DNA of 64,000 nt from Lingula anatina (Eukaryota; Animalia; Brachiopoda), in contig CM120642.1 of assembly GCA_051362555.1 (NCBI GenBank), positions 9,424,001 through 9,488,000 of the forward strand, in the 5' to 3' direction. The translations under genes were made by a program, and so were the position numbers. The notes below the pieces were generated by a model that was not told where the DNA came from, did no database searches, and saw nothing but the letters and a program-made list of their open reading frames with translations. Each line of letters starts with the position of its first letter. Position 1 is the stretch's first letter. Positions 1 to 15,083 of the stretch are shown piece by piece.

Positions 1-3000
1 GTGCTAACGGCAGCATTTTGAACATGAACGATTGCGTTACAACAAATATAAAGTAAGACTGCCCAGTGAAGAAATAACAAGAGGAATATCTGTAATTTAC
101 TCTAGCGTGATGAAACCGTCCTCATATTTCCCCTCATTATCGCCAACATCAACGCTTAGCTTTGTCTTTTGTCAAAAGCTTCTTATTCTTAAACGGTTTG
201 AACATTCTTCATTCATAACTTGTCTTCATTTAGTCGTGGTATGGCGCACAAATAAACAGAAACAGAGCGAGGCGTAACTACCGTTTCAAAATCTGCGGTT
301 TCACTCTGATCATGAGGTATTCAAAGGCAAAGTAATATTTACATTGCCAAAGTTGTAACTCTTTCTTCTTCCTTTCCGTTCATTCTATTTTGCCGCAGTA
401 TAAACTACTCAAAGAAAGGACAAGATTCCTCAATTTAGTTGAATGTTTTGTTATGAGGTTTATTAAGATTTGGGGAATGCAGTTATTAAGAAGTTATTAA
501 GGTAAAGCGAGTAAATCGCGCGAGGATAATTTGTGGGGGAATCAGGCCTTTGTTAGGCGCACGACAAAGCACGCTTCGTCGTTCCATAAATAATCTTCGG
601 TCAACTATGTATTCAACAAGTGTGTGTTTTCTCAACAGCCCGCCATGTTTGTGTCTTCTTGATACTGTTATCATACACCCGAAGCAAAGCGTATTACTCT
701 GATTAATGCGTTTGAAGAACCCGCCCGCCTTTTGCACTGTGTTTCCATTACAACAAACTGAGCAAAAATAGGAAAATATCACTGCAACGCAAAAACTTCA
801 CCCGCACAAAAGAACGGCGCTTTTTCCGGCTTAATTATTTTCCGAATTTATTCGCTGATCGGCGTATGCGGGCGCGCTTAGTGGGGTTTCTTAGCTGAAC
901 TCTTCAACTCAGCGGTTGTCGAACAATGCCATATGTCTGCATGGGAGATCAAGACATTATTCCGGCGACAACGGATAATTTATAATTCATAATCAGTTCA
1001 GGCCCCCGTGTCAAAAATTAGAAGAGAATTAGTCTTGGGCGAAAACGTTTCCTCAACAACTATTTATGATTATATATCTCATTTCCGACTCTATTAGCTA
1101 TCGACGCCGTAGTTGTGCGGCAACGATTAGGGGTCATTACGTGGAATTATTACTGCCATGTTATAGGCTCTGCAACTGGATAAGAGGCTGAAGGAGAGTG
1201 CTTGCAATTTCCACCCCGAAGAGGTCTCCTCGATGGACCGACTACCTTTCGCTTAATTTCTTACTCTGTCAATCAGCAGAAAAAAAGGGAGCTTCAGTTC
1301 TTGCGTTACTTTTGCATAGTGTTTGCATAGTATTACTTCAACCAGCATCTAGCATGCATATTTTAGGGCATTTCTTTTAAAATTAACCCCCAATCTTAGT
1401 TCGTATCCCTTATGTTGATCTTGGTCGAAAAATTAAACGGGCCTAACACGTTCCTGATAACGGGACTCTCCCTCCGTGAACTCTTTCCGAGACCTAGTGC
1501 TGACATAACAGGCACACATGATGATGTAAACACGGTGTGAGTCATTGAAAGGAGTGTACGGATAGGTTATTAATTCCAATATCTTAATTAGTCCCTGAAA
1601 ACACATCGGCTAAGTGAAGAGGCGTGTACATCATAAATCACCTTGAACAAGGGAGGGCTTTCCGTTTTTATATATTTCAAATCTCCCCTTTCCTTCCCAT
1701 GCGTAATTCATCTCGGTTTTCAGATGACGATATGTGAATGTAGATTAAGTTATTTTTTATTTCCTTGTTTTTAACATCGACATTATATAACTTCATACGA
1801 ATGCATGCACAACATTTCCTGATCAATTAACCAACTGTACTTACATTCAGTACAACATAATGCACTAAACTTGGTGCTCTCCGAGGCTACTACTTGGTAA
1901 ACCTAGGCTTCAACGGACCATCCAAATTACGCTCACTTTACGCACGCGTCCGCAATTCATTTTTAAAGTCTAGCACGCGACCCCGAGCGTCCTGCAGTCT
2001 TGTCAGTCAAGTAATGGCCTATTCTTGGACAAAGGTGTGAAGACGAAGATTACCCAACTTTCACAAGGACGATAAATAATTGATCAACTTGCCATGATTT
2101 ACTGAATGAAGTGCACGTTATCACGATCAATGCGTAGTTGGACCTCAGCTGTTCTTACCCTTGTGCACTGCTGGGCTGATCTCGCGGCGTGATTTAGGAT
2201 GTCAAATGCGAATTGTTGCACGGTTGTGCTGTACATATGTCTTTCATAAACTTATTTAGTTCTTCTATTCAGAACATACATTTTAAACCGTCGGCCTACC
2301 TTCACTTTAACCTTTTTTCGTATATAAGGAAGTACGAGTAGGTTTCCTACACACACTGGCCTGGGAACAGATAAATGTAAATTATTCAGTATGACGACCC
2401 GTGTGTTTGGTAAGGACGTCCTCTTTGTTCAATGATTGAAGATGACAGAGATGAGAAATCACGCCTCTAAAATTACTCACATGCATTGTGTATGAGACGG
2501 TATAACTATTATTATCCGACTTGCGTCCGCTTTAGTGACATAAGGTAAATATGGAAGGTTTTAAACTGGGCAAAAGTGAAAACCATTTATTGGCTTTTTC
2601 AATATACTGAATCACGGTGCATGATGAAGATTGTAAGAATTCTGATTTCCTCTGTCCTGAATTTCAAACACAATCCATAATATAAAAATTCATGAGCAAA
2701 TTAACAATGGAGAAAATGAAAAAAAAAAAAGCAACCTTGTTATATTAAAACGATACGTCTCTATCTGTACAACGGAAAATATGAATGCGTGATGTGCTCG
2801 GATATGCGGGTTCTGTACATGTATGGAAGGTTAAAAAAAAAAAGAACAGCGTGAAAACTATCAGGTTTTTACAATCAGGACTGAAAGTTGTATAAATCAC
2901 GCGGGCGACTAACTGCGACGCAAGTTGGATGGTTGGATGCGCACTGTGAAAAATCTTATTGATATATGTACCTGTTATATACAATGTAGTAGGACCAGTT

Positions 3001-3367
3001 GATTTTTCAGTATGTCATTTTATGTAATTGAGATCGTTTCTTTCGTCTTATTTTCATCTACATTCTGGAATGAACTTTAATACAAAAAAATATGATTTAT
3101 TTTCCATGTGTTATCCCTCCATCGAGAAAAATGCGCTATGTAGTTAGAATTTCACGTTTCTGCTACATGAAGTATTGTCTATCTCACATTTGTCACTATT
3201 GCCATCGTCAGCGATGCAGCTGTACCTAAATCATTCATGGAGGCACTGGTCACTTTCCATGAGATTTATTGTGTAACTTGCTTTAAATATTGCGTTATTC
3301 TGAGTCAATTTGTATTTATAATTATTTTGTTCATTTTAACTGTAGATATTTTTCCTTAAAGGCCTGC

Positions 3368-3413
3368 CTCTCTCTCTCTCTCTCTCTCTCTGACGAGTGG
3401 TATAACAGATCAT

Positions 3414-3476
<63 letters not shown>
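3368..3476. repeat. (CT)n and (TA)n microsatellites
   Basis: Direct reading: (CT)n 3368-3391, (TA)n 3419-3476. Confidence 0.95.
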
Positions 3477-3478
<2 letters not shown>

Positions 3479-4278
3479 GAGTAGTGCTGACCAATTTACT
3501 ATGAGGCATGTTTTTCAAAACATTACATTTTCAACGGTCAGATTTAGATATTCAGATTTTTTATCTATCTATGCTCAGTTCAAAGATTAACTGATTGCTC
3601 CGTTTTATACATATTTCTTTTATTATACTTGTTATTTTTTGTGTGTGAGTTTTTTCTTGGATATTTTCCGCCTGCATCATACGTTTTACAGCTAAATGAC
3701 TATAATGATGAAAATGATTTGAGGTAGTTTCAGGTTTCTGCTTTTCATATCATGAATCATGACGGGTCGTTTATTCCAAATAGAAAATAAAAGTTATGGA
3801 TAAATATATTCAGTAGGGAACATTAAGTACTCTTCCTGACAGCATACTATCCAGTGACCACCCCTAACGAACGTAACACACGGACTTGGGGCATTGATAA
3901 AACTTGATTAATTAATTCTCACGACGCACATGGTATAGCTAGAAGAATAATGCCCGCACCTTACAATTGACTTCGGCAATCTACAGACTATAGCGATAGC
4001 TTAACTCCATCGTTCTAATTGTTTTCCAACAAAAATGCATTAATATAAACATACAGATATTGAGAGATAATAGGGCTAAGTTTTGTTAAAAATACGAAAA
4101 AGAATAAACAGCTATATATGTTGCTCTGTGCAGAGCTCTGCTACTAAAGCTTGCTAGCTATTTGTTGACGATTTAGTCCAAGCGGTGTAATCTATCCACC
4201 GTCACGTCATAGACAATCTTATCTATCTAACACCCCTGTAAACTGATGTACGGTCAATTACTCTGAGAAATCTCTCAC

Positions 4279-4384
4279 CTGTTGGTTTGGGAAGCACAAG
4301 GGAGAAAGCACTGCCCACGTTTTCATTGGCCGGGTCGTGGTGACTGAAGGCCCGCTTACTCTTCACTAAAAATGACCGCGGCAT
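4279..4384 (-). CDS. gfi1: First coding exon of a SNAG-domain transcriptional repressor, Gfi1/senseless-like; remaining exons not identified in the window
   Basis: ATG at 4384 gives MPRSFLVKSKRAFSHHDP..., the SNAG motif; the extension KSK-x-A-x-S-x-H matches vertebrate Gfi1 (MPRSFLVKSKKAHSYH) better than Snail or Insm. Strong donor AG|gtgaga after 35 codons + 1 nt (phase 1). No zinc fingers seen, so orthology is inferred from the SNAG context only. Confidence 0.75.
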
Positions 4385-4629
4385 TATTGGAAACCGGGTG
4401 CCTAATATGGACTCCACTTTTGTAGTTCGGGTGAAATGTCCTCAAAACGGATAAGAATGAAACCCACACGGCACAGAATCGTGGAAAATCTCCTATTGTT
4501 TATGGTGCCTTGAATAGGTTTAGTGGTGAGTTTCCGATCTTTTTAAATGTCACTGGTTTATCTCGTCGGTCTCTTAAAGCGTATGGCTAAGCTATGCTTC
4601 CTTGCTGGCTGTTCTGCCTGCTTCTGTGA

Positions 4630-4920
4630 ATGGGACACTGAGTTCTACTGACTGCGCGTGCCTATAGTTTGATTCCAATCTAAAGTAATCAGTGTCGCGT
4701 GCCTGGCATCAACCAATCTGTTCGCTAGCCCTGCCTATCTCTGGTTTTTAAGACGTGATTGTTATTAATGGGCGGGCCTTCCGATTGATCCGAACATGTC
4801 AAGCCATCACTCATTCCCGGTCGCCATGGTGATCGGGTTCTTGATTTGATAATCTGCGCATGTCAAGGTGTTGTTATCACTGTGTGTAGATTTCAATGAT
4901 TGGCTTACTTGTCGATTTCT
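4630..4920 (-). promoter_or_regulatory. Putative core/proximal promoter of the Gfi1-like gene
   Basis: Minus-strand TATA (4666-4663) lies 27 nt upstream of an Inr-like TCAGT (4641-4637). CCAAT boxes near 4675, 4713 and 4899, a GC box GGGCGG near 4770, local CpG richness, and about 250 nt to the ATG. Confidence 0.45.
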
Positions 4921-5571
4921 GAGACAAAACAGGTGGGTTTGGGAGTGTGGATGGGCTCAGTGTGACACACCGCAAGCGTACGTAACAACGGACCACAATT
5001 GTCGATCCGTCAATTACCCAAGCAATTTTCAAATTTAGCGGAATAATTGAATTCGATTTCCACTTCTTGAGGTTTTTTTTCTGTTTGGAATCAAAACACT
5101 GGACACGGTTGATTCGCGTATGGGATATGCTCTTTGTGTGAGATGCAAGAAGACTTAAATGCCTACACAGCAAATAATGTTATAGAAATTTTATTACTTT
5201 TAATAGGCCTATGGCGTTCGTTAACGAAGTTATCAGTTTTTTTAATTCCTTTTTTTAATTTTGATATGCAGTGTTTTTTGTCACTTTATCGAGTGATAGA
5301 ATAGTGAGTTTCAATAACTTGTTAATTGTAGGTATGTCCCAACGCCACCAACAAGCATATTTAAATATTAAATGTTTAAAGTTGTATTTGCGACAAAGAA
5401 TAAAAATATATGAACATATACTATGGCATTCAAAATAGTACTGTGGCAATTGCATATAAGGTGTATAGCTGTCCATATGTCTGGGGGGATTCACAAATCA
5501 GGATACTAACTTTCTACCATACCGGTAAAAATGGTGAAATTCTACTTTCGGAGATGACCCTTCCGCCCCCC

Positions 5572-5606
<35 letters not shown>

Positions 5607-8600
5607 TTTCCTTTTATAATGTACATAACATATAATAGTTGGGGCCTCAACATTTTTGAATGAACAAGGCAAGTATTTTTCCTTACAAAAAGAATACTTT
5701 TCTTTTATTAGAGCGGTCATCTCTGTTTAATATTTCTCCTATTTATTGCGTTTATCATATCTCTAAAAGAGAACAGATATGTTAAAAATATATAGACCTA
5801 AAAAAGGTGAAATCGTTCTGCATTGATGACTGTTGCCAAAATGATGATTTCGGAAATCAGAGAATTTTAATTTCCGAGATTGCAAATCGTCAAAAATAAT
5901 TTCCTCCAAATAAGAGCGTGTCAAGTGAGACATGAAGCGGAGGTCTTGGGTATAATCTCTTTAATAAAAGCACATTTAGATGGCAGAATGCTCATTGTAG
6001 TGGGTGAAAACAATCGATGTGGATTCGTTAACAACCAAACTGGCCACAAAAACAGGAAAAGTAAGTCTCCAAATGGACATTAAAGTATTATATCAACCAG
6101 TGAACCGTGACTTGGTCAAATGGTTGTCGTTAGCCAGAGAAAGTGCAGATACTGGGGTAGACACTGGACCTGTATGTAATTTGAATCTTAATATGCGCGA
6201 GTGTGTTTGCGTTAAGGTGTGCGTGTGTGCGTGATCACATGTATGCACTCTGAATGTGCGTGGTGGCATACACACGAAAGATAGAATAACCAACAAACCA
6301 ACAAGTTAGATTGTGACAAGTGACTCAGGGCAAACTTATATTCAAATTTAATACTCAAACCAATGTATCAGAGTACTCGTCTTGTCACCAAAGTAAAAAA
6401 GAAGTAATTAGGCTACCCTCTACCAGGGCAACAGATTGATTTTTCACTGGATAATCACAGATATGTCTCTGGCTAATTCATGACAATTTTTCTCAATTGT
6501 AAAAGAGAATTTCTGCACGAAATTAATTTTATCACTCTTGCACATTAAGACCAGTGGCACACCAAACTATTAAAGGTGGTAAAAACGACTTCACAAAGAC
6601 TGCGACTATGTATTATTTTATGATATTTTCGATAGTGTAAGCCGGTTAATGTTATGCAGCTACTTCAACAAACCCTTTTTGCTAGATTGCTCGCATGGCG
6701 TCAAACCCGTATCGTAATATTGATGCTTAACATCGGACGCTCTGATGTAACACGGTCTCTCTCTCTCTTTTGGAACTTTACCGACCTAACACAAAACTCT
6801 GTATATGGAATAACCATGGAATAACATAGGCAGGTTTCAAAATAATGAGACCCTTGTTGTTGTGGATATATTATAATCGGTTGGCTATATTTGCTTAATG
6901 TGACTTATTTATTTATCTATTGTACTGCTACCTTGATTAAGTCTACCTGAGGACCACTGCTTATATTTAGGGGTGTGATTACGGGCGTGTTTTGGATAGC
7001 TTATTAAACATATCAAGCAATGTACCAGTCTACTCAATGAATTTTCTAATTGAGCGTGATGAGGCTTCTTTGGCCTGTTTTGAATTTTTCAGTTTAGTGT
7101 ATTCGTTAACGCTGTGTGTATAATCAGAGTTCTTAATCAAAAATATAAGAATAATCTTTCTAATGCAAAGAAAAATATAAACGATTTTTCATACATTTCT
7201 CTGCTTTTTCTTTTGATTGCTGGGATGTTACGTTTTGCACTTTGATGAAACAGTCTCTATTTTCCTTTCCTCTCTTTCTTTGGCAAACTTTTAAAATATG
7301 ACCAAATTAATCTAACACAATGCTCAGCATACTAAAATGTATGTGTCGATATCTCTATCAACTCTCACAATTCGACCCATGAAACCTAAAGCGTACTGCT
7401 AACATAACTTTACTGCGCGGCTTAGAGGAGCACATTTAACGCGTTTACACAATTTACAGTTGCACCTGTAGTGTATGTTAGCTTATGCTTCCTGATCAGC
7501 CCACCTAAGTCCGAATCACAGATGATTAAACAAGGTAGGGATAGTCTGTATTTGAACAGCTCAATCTGGTGGTAGAAACCGATATTGAAACAGGGGTATG
7601 TTAAGATTTTCACCTTGTACGCTGTAAACATGAAGTCGAAATAACACTTAATAACAGTGCTGATTATACAGAAGTGGAAAGTCGCACAATAATTTTATGC
7701 AGTATGTAGACCTGTTGTTTAAGCGGGCTACGGTGAAACCATTGTGAGACGTGAAAACTTGCTATAGAAACGGATACGAGAAAACGTACATAAATTTTTG
7801 AAGACTTGCATTATACTAGGATTAAATGAAGCGAAATTATTCAGCGAATAGTAGAGTGGTCTGTTTACCGTCAATTTCTGTGCAGTTTCTCGCGCATTAG
7901 TTCATGCAAGGTGGTAATGGAAAAAGTATAATAAACTGAATACTTGAATCCACTCCAGTAAAGCAGTAAAAATGACTGGTATTAAATGCATCAATGGAAC
8001 TGTCGTATAAACTATTGTTTGAAAGGCATCATTTTCATTCTTGATCCCTCTGGATGTGAGGCATGAAATAAAAGTTCGTTGATTTGAATGGATTCTAATA
8101 ACTTTGTGAAAAAGAACGAAAATAGGAAGATTAATTCATAAAATTTTCAAAAACTATCATCTGTTTTCACAGATACTGTAGAATCATTTACGGGAAAATA
8201 TTTCAACGGAATATGTAGGCACACAAATGGACAAAAATCCGTGATACGAACGTGTTAATGTAATTTAAATAAGTAGCCTTGTGCAACATAAATGAAACTC
8301 TGTATATTTAGACTGGATTTTACGTGAGAATATTTTCATTGAAGAATATTTATGAATCCAATCGACAAAGAGCACCAGAAAAGAAACAATAGATAATGTA
8401 TTCTGACTGCATTTACGACTGGGAGGGTCTACCATTTATGTGTATGTTCCACGCACAAATATATGTAATATGAGCAAAGAATACAAAACCGTCAACAACG
8501 TACAAGCAGCAAGTCGAAAGGCAGCATATTTATACACATATACAAGTATAGAAATAATAAAAAACAAGTTCCATTTGCAATATATGCTATACAGTTACTG

Positions 8601-9782
8601 CTAGCTCATTTGGTAGCGCTTCTTTATATGCTCTTCACAACAGACACTAACACAAATATCATATTAGTTAGATTTCTAACATTCTGTAGGCAGAAAGGTG
8701 TTTTACGTGAGCGCCCCCGCTTTATTAATCATACGGTTTTTATTTGTATTATTTCTGACTCTGCTGAGGGTTGTAAAACAAAGATCTTAAAAGCTCTGAA
8801 GGACTACAGTGAAGGAGAAATGTTTCATTAAAAAAAAAATAATAATAATAAATCAACAGGTCTTTTTCCAAAGCCAGACAGAAAGAGATATTTTTCTCTT
8901 TGTGGATCAAAAGACGGCCTTAATCAGCCTGTAATGATATATCATGTGAATCTATGGTGTTCAATTTTAGCACTTGCCATGAATTAGCTATCAATTTCAA
9001 AGGCTATTTCTGTACAAGCAGAGAATTGTGGGAAAATTAGACGAAAGTTATACACGCTTTCATTGATCGATCACTTCTGTACATGTAAAAATCTCATCAT
9101 TTAAATAAGAGCGAGGTGTCGGTATTGTGTTTTTTCGTAATTAGATACGAGTTCCTAAATCAAAAACGTGTTAAATTGGGAAATTCCCACTTCAAACTTC
9201 GTTTGCAATGTATGCAAAGGACCAAGAATCTCTTTACAAGGATTAAAAACAATGTGTACCTGCTTACATGCTGTCCCCAACCCCACAAAGTACACCTCTC
9301 CGTCTACTTCATCTTAACGTGTGATGATAAGATCTGAGCTTACTAAATATGGAGCAAAAGTAGGTGACAAACACCCCCAACCTGATAAACGTACCAAATG
9401 CTGCGAACTCCTCCTGGACTATGGAAGGAACCTGCCAAGAAAATACAGCCATGGAATGCACATGGATCGGTCCTAAAAGAGAGACATATGCCTCCTACAC
9501 GTACTTGTAAATGAAGACCCGGGGCTTTAATTTGCTGCCACGCGTAGGCTCGTAGGTTTCTACGATTACCAAAATGTGATTAGGAAATGGCTTGATGAAG
9601 TCGTAATTTTACCACTATTCATTCTCACGGTGTTAGGTTCTCACAGATCGATTTTTATTGCAAATTATGATATTTCATGTCGTTTCTAAAACAAAAACTA
9701 TATTCCAACTTGCGAATTTCTTTGAAATATAATTTCATTGGAAAATACACGATATCCGACGACAGCCGATTCTCGGCCACTG

Positions 9783-9860
9783 TATATTGTATCAAATAGT
9801 GCTTACACTATATATTGTGTCAAATAGTGCTTACACTATATATTCGGTCAAATAGTGTTT
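9783..9860. repeat. Short minisatellite, ~28-bp unit x ~3
   Basis: tatattgtRtcaaatagtgcttacacta repeated; third copy degenerate. Confidence 0.85.
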
Positions 9861-12522
9861 CCACATATGATGCAATTGTGTGTGGAAATGTTCTCTACCT
9901 TGTCAACGTGTGAATAATTTTTACATATTAATTTACAAAAAGAGATTTAGAAAAATGATTTAGACAATTTAGAATCCCATCCATGTAACTTTAAAGTCTA
10001 TGTCAGGGAGATTTCGGAGCTTTTAAGGCGCAGTGTACACGGCCCTCCGGTACCCTCCTGGCGCCCGCCATACCAACCCCAACCTATGGGTTCGGTCACT
10101 GAGCCTGTTGACTAAGGACTAGACCTTATGTATGAGATGCTGTATCATTGTTATTATTATTGTTATACACGATTTGTGGGTCATGTAATTGTACGTGCGC
10201 GCGCAGATTTGGCGTGAACAAAAATGGGGGGAAAATACGCTTTTACTATGTCACAACCTACCCAGAATAGGGTGCTAATATTCTAATTTGTTCATTTCTT
10301 TATATAACGTGCGCATCTGGCACATATATAAACGGATCCCAAATCAAAAGGCTTATCTTTTGCTCTCTTCACATTAACAGGATACCTTTATATAGTTACC
10401 CTTATCATGAATACAAGAATGAGTGAAGGTCGCACAATGACTATTAGTGCTTTCCGCAGGTAATTAACGAACAAATTGAAGCGTTAAATAAATAAACAAA
10501 TACCATTTTGCATCGATCATCTACTAATACTATAAGGAAAATGAGAAACTTGTGAACGGTTCTTACTGAATGAAAACAGTGGACTGAAGTAAGAATTTCA
10601 GGTAAGTTAAGTAATATACATATACACTGTATACATGTATTTACTGTTAATTGACAATACTGCCGGTAAACAAACACAGGTTGATATGTTGTTATAATTA
10701 AAATAAAAACACACATAAACGATAGCTTGTAGAATCTAAAGACCCCTTTACTAAACACACACATAATGCACAAACCTCATACTTTTTTTGTATTATGTAA
10801 CTTTTACAATATCAAATACATTATCTATCCACGGTATTTATCTATCTACCTACTGGTATCCTTGTAGAACCTGCATGCAGTTCCGTCAACACATACCATG
10901 CGGATATGGTCTGTGCTTGTCTGAACTCAAATTGGGGTCCGAATTCACACCAACCAGCTCAACCCATTTTGCTGGCCAAGATGCACCCATTACAGACCCA
11001 AATAAAACCCAATCAGCGTCCCACATTGACCCATATCAGTCCCAGCCAATTTAAACCCTGCTAAAATAAAGAAATAGGGAATAAAGACACCTATCTCTTA
11101 AGGTGTGCATGAAAGGGTACACGAGATTAAATACATTGATTTCATGAAAAATAAATACAAATACATGTATTATAATGGGTTCTCGGTGTTCCTCACGCTG
11201 ATTTTGCTAAATCACTCATCATTGTGACTTATCATTTATTTAGTCTATATATCTATTAATAATACTGGATTGAGTCAGCACATGGATATAAAAAATTCGA
11301 TTGGTGCTGGTGTGACAGTATATTTCGATATTAGAAAGATTTTATAACATTTGTGTCAATGTAATCATAGGTTGTCATTATCAGTATTTTTCTCCTCTAG
11401 ATAATATCTATTGGAATGGATACGCGTGGGTATGTGCATGAACCAATATACCCGTGATCTTAAGCATAATAAATTACTCTACACTTAGCGGTTCTTTCTG
11501 ATTTGGTTGACAATTGTTTAAAAATGGAAAAAGGCGAAGCACAATTATCATGATTATGGTTGCCAAGTTCGCTGTTCTTGGAAATAACACCCTTAAACAG
11601 AGGAAAACTATGCCACAAATGCCTTGGAGGACGTTAAATACGCATTCAGTGACTTTGAGCACGATAATTGTATTAAATCACAAATCAGCTAACAAAGCAT
11701 ATTGGACATTTCTCTTTATGTATACAAGGTGAAGGAAATATGATCAGTATTTTAGGAAATTGAGGAGTCACGGTTAAATAAGTGCAAACATCGCTGCGCT
11801 ACCGTTTGTCCTAAGTAGCCTTATAAAGCACAGTTCCTCTTATTCTACAGTAACCAGCTTATACCTACTCATCGCGCGCGGAAGTAATCTCAGAAGTTGT
11901 AAAGTGCTCGAATATCGTTAAATTATTGACCAAGATGCTCCAAGAAGTCTCTTTAAGTGCTCTAGAATATTGTTCAAATAATCCTAACATAATTTCCATG
12001 TTTACCGGAGCTGCTGCCGTCTTATGAGTGCCATTGATTGGGGCGGCCACGTTGCGGCACAGATTGGGGAATTCTCATACGGAGGCAGACACGATTTAAG
12101 CTATACGCTTGGTTTTACATGTAAATACAGGGCACAGAAGAAGTTTGTGGACTTCTCTGCAAAGCAAGAGATAGGGGAATGGTATCATTAAAGATTATGT
12201 TTTGTCTGATAAATAAATGTTTTTATAAATCCTATTATTAATTTCTACCTTTCAATATTGTAAAGCATTTTCATTGTCTTTTAGGTTGAAGAGAAGCTCA
12301 TGATGTGAGAGCTAAAGAGAAGCATTAAGGTGGATCGATGTGTGGAATGCTGTTACGGCATATTTTTAATTCAGCTGTGACACCTTGAATTAATTTCAGA
12401 CCATGGACTATTAAGGCAAATGTAGGTACATCTAATACATATAAGTTACAATTTACAGCAAGATTTTCAGACCAAAAATGACGAGAGATGGCGGGACAAG
12501 AAAGGAATTAGACAGTGTATGC

Positions 12523-12565
12523 TATTATTATTATTATTATTGTTGTTGTTGTTGTTGTTGTTGTT
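12523..12565. repeat. (ATT)n(GTT)n compound microsatellite
   Basis: Direct reading. Confidence 0.9.
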
Positions 12566-15002
12566 GCAGAAAATGGTAATCACACTGTCTGCTGAGATTG
12601 CCCGACATAAGTTAAGCCGTAACATCTCCACTGCAGATGAACACATTCCCACACCTCCTGGATAAAGTTATTTAAAAAATATTTTAATTCAGTTTTTAGT
12701 AAACTTCAGTGATTGAGGACAATTATAATGCATTTAGTAGCAGAAGGCGCGATATAAGTGTATCAGAAACTTTCTTAGATTATGCCTGTCTTTTGCTTTG
12801 GATGTGACAATTTACGAACGCTGCTACATTAGAGCGCTCAATCATTGCACACAGGGTGTTGCTCTCAATTCGCTCAACCAGGCGGCCCAACTTAATCGGA
12901 TATTTCAATCCCGACTGATAATGGACGACAAATCTGCTCACCCGAGCGAAATAACGCAGTTTTCATCATAACCATTAATAATTTACTTCTACCGGGCCCC
13001 CCTTTAATCAGAGCTCTTAAAGTAATAGATTTTCGGTCTTACGGGACCAAGAAGAGGGCATTTGATGAGACTGATGGCCAAATGAGGATGCGACAAAGGG
13101 GGATTTTTTTATCGAGCCCTTAATTGAAAAGAATGGGTGAGTTGTAAATCGGCCATATGTAAGCTGTTTTATGCGGGATGCCCTAGAGGAGGTGTATTGT
13201 CCACCGACGTTTCAATCCATTTCGATGTATTCCCGTCTGTCTCTCCGCGTGAATAAGTAACGAGAGTGGAATAAATAAATCAGTGTTAAATTAATGAATG
13301 GATGAACGAGCAGTTTAGTTTGGTCAATAAGTACGACAATAAGGCAATAACAAAACGTGTTGTAAAACAGGATACGCATTTGGATATTAGATATAGACAA
13401 GTAGGTATATCACAAAGACGTGTTTGTTGGATGAATAATAAAAGCAAATGATAATGCAATCCCTGGAATAATTAAGTAATGGGATTGTTTTTTATCAAAC
13501 GTCCCTTTGCTTTGCCGAAGTTGTACACAAACTACATGAATCAACGCTGTTTTTGGAAAATATTTGGATATGTAATAGATATGTATATATTAAGATTCCT
13601 GTCACCATTTTTAACAGATTTACTTTAATGAAAAAATTGTGAAGCATTGTATAACGTTAAACGTTGACGTAAATAATTACATTATAAAGAAGTAGTAAGC
13701 ACAGTGTGCATCGACATTATATATGGAACGCGAATAAATGTTTTTTGAACACTTGTCAAGAGTTACTGTCAAAGATAGACTTTATCAGGTGAACACAGGT
13801 AAGCTGTTGCATTCACACAATGATAACGGAGCCTTATGGTCTCATATCAGTTTTGGGAAGGGCACACCGGTTGATATGTGTCGAGTTGATGCTCATTTTG
13901 AAGAGTAAACTAGAACTAGACGACCTTGAAATACTCATTTCGATCACCATGGTGGGATAAAAGGCGCTTGCAGGGTATTAGCGTTTTGTTTTACAATTTG
14001 GCAAATTACTGTTATAACTCTCATGACAACTTAATGATTTTTGAGAAAAAATACAAAAAAATTGTCAAGACTCTGAAATTAAATGTATGAAATAAACTTA
14101 AATGATACACCACCATTTCTCCCTATTAACAGGGAACATTGGCTGTCAAGCTTTTGAATTGAGGCAGTTCCTATATTAAGGTGATCTTATGCACGATGTC
14201 TTTATAGAGGTCTACATAATATTCAACACCTTTTATAGGGATTGTTTTCCTCAATTTTGTCCCATAGCCGGCAAGCGAAGTATGTAAACAGGATGCCTGC
14301 TCTAAGGTGCACCGGTGGGCACTCAGCAATGTCAATTTTCAGCACGGCATGTGTTATAGCCATGACAAATGGTCTGATATTGTTACACTGGGAAAATTTC
14401 TCACACAGAATGTATAGACATATGACGTGATAATAGGATCGGGCGACACCTTATACAAAACACACATATTCTGATACATTAATAAATAGACGTATTAACA
14501 AACTGATAAATAACCCGATCGAACGGTTAAGGCAATACACAAACAAACCAAGCGAATAAAGAGGTATTGTGTATATAGACTTGTGAACGATTAATTGTTT
14601 CAACAATAGCGAAACAAATGCATGAATTAAAAAGGCAGATAAATACATTGATTGGATAAACACATTGTAGCCTGCACCCGAATGAAGTGACAGGTAAATG
14701 GGACATTTACGAAAAAACAAGGTAACTTGATTGGAATTTGAATTTCCAAGGACTGAAAAACAGCTTTATCGATACAGGCGTTCAGTGATAATAGATTTAC
14801 GAAAAAAGTGCACTATTTTCAACACAACTAGTAAAAAAGGTGAACAGAACAAAGAGTATGCATACTTTAACAGGAACGTGTATAATTATAGCTGTTTTAG
14901 CCCTTAAACGCGGACTATTTTTCTAGTAAATTACGAGAAGTTTCATTTGATTCATGTCTCATTAATTTATAATAGTATTATGTGAATATTGCCTGCCCCT
15001 AA

Positions 15003-15003
<1 letters not shown>

Positions 15004-15082
<79 letters not shown>
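15004..15082. repeat. (GT)n(GA)n compound microsatellite
   Basis: Direct reading. Confidence 0.95.

Positions 15083-15083
<1 letters not shown>

Noticed and set aside
1-4278. Search for downstream Gfi1 zinc-finger exons
   Set aside because: No C2H2 or TGEKP motifs seen; a low-conservation exon 2 cannot be excluded, but none is supportable.
4385-4417. Upstream GTG extension MESILGTRFPI of the SNAG ORF
   Set aside because: SNAG must be at the extreme N-terminus to bind LSD1, so the ATG at 4384 is the likely start.
10920-11060. CCCA-periodic segment resembling transposon subterminal repeats
   Set aside because: No termini or TSD found; too degenerate to call.
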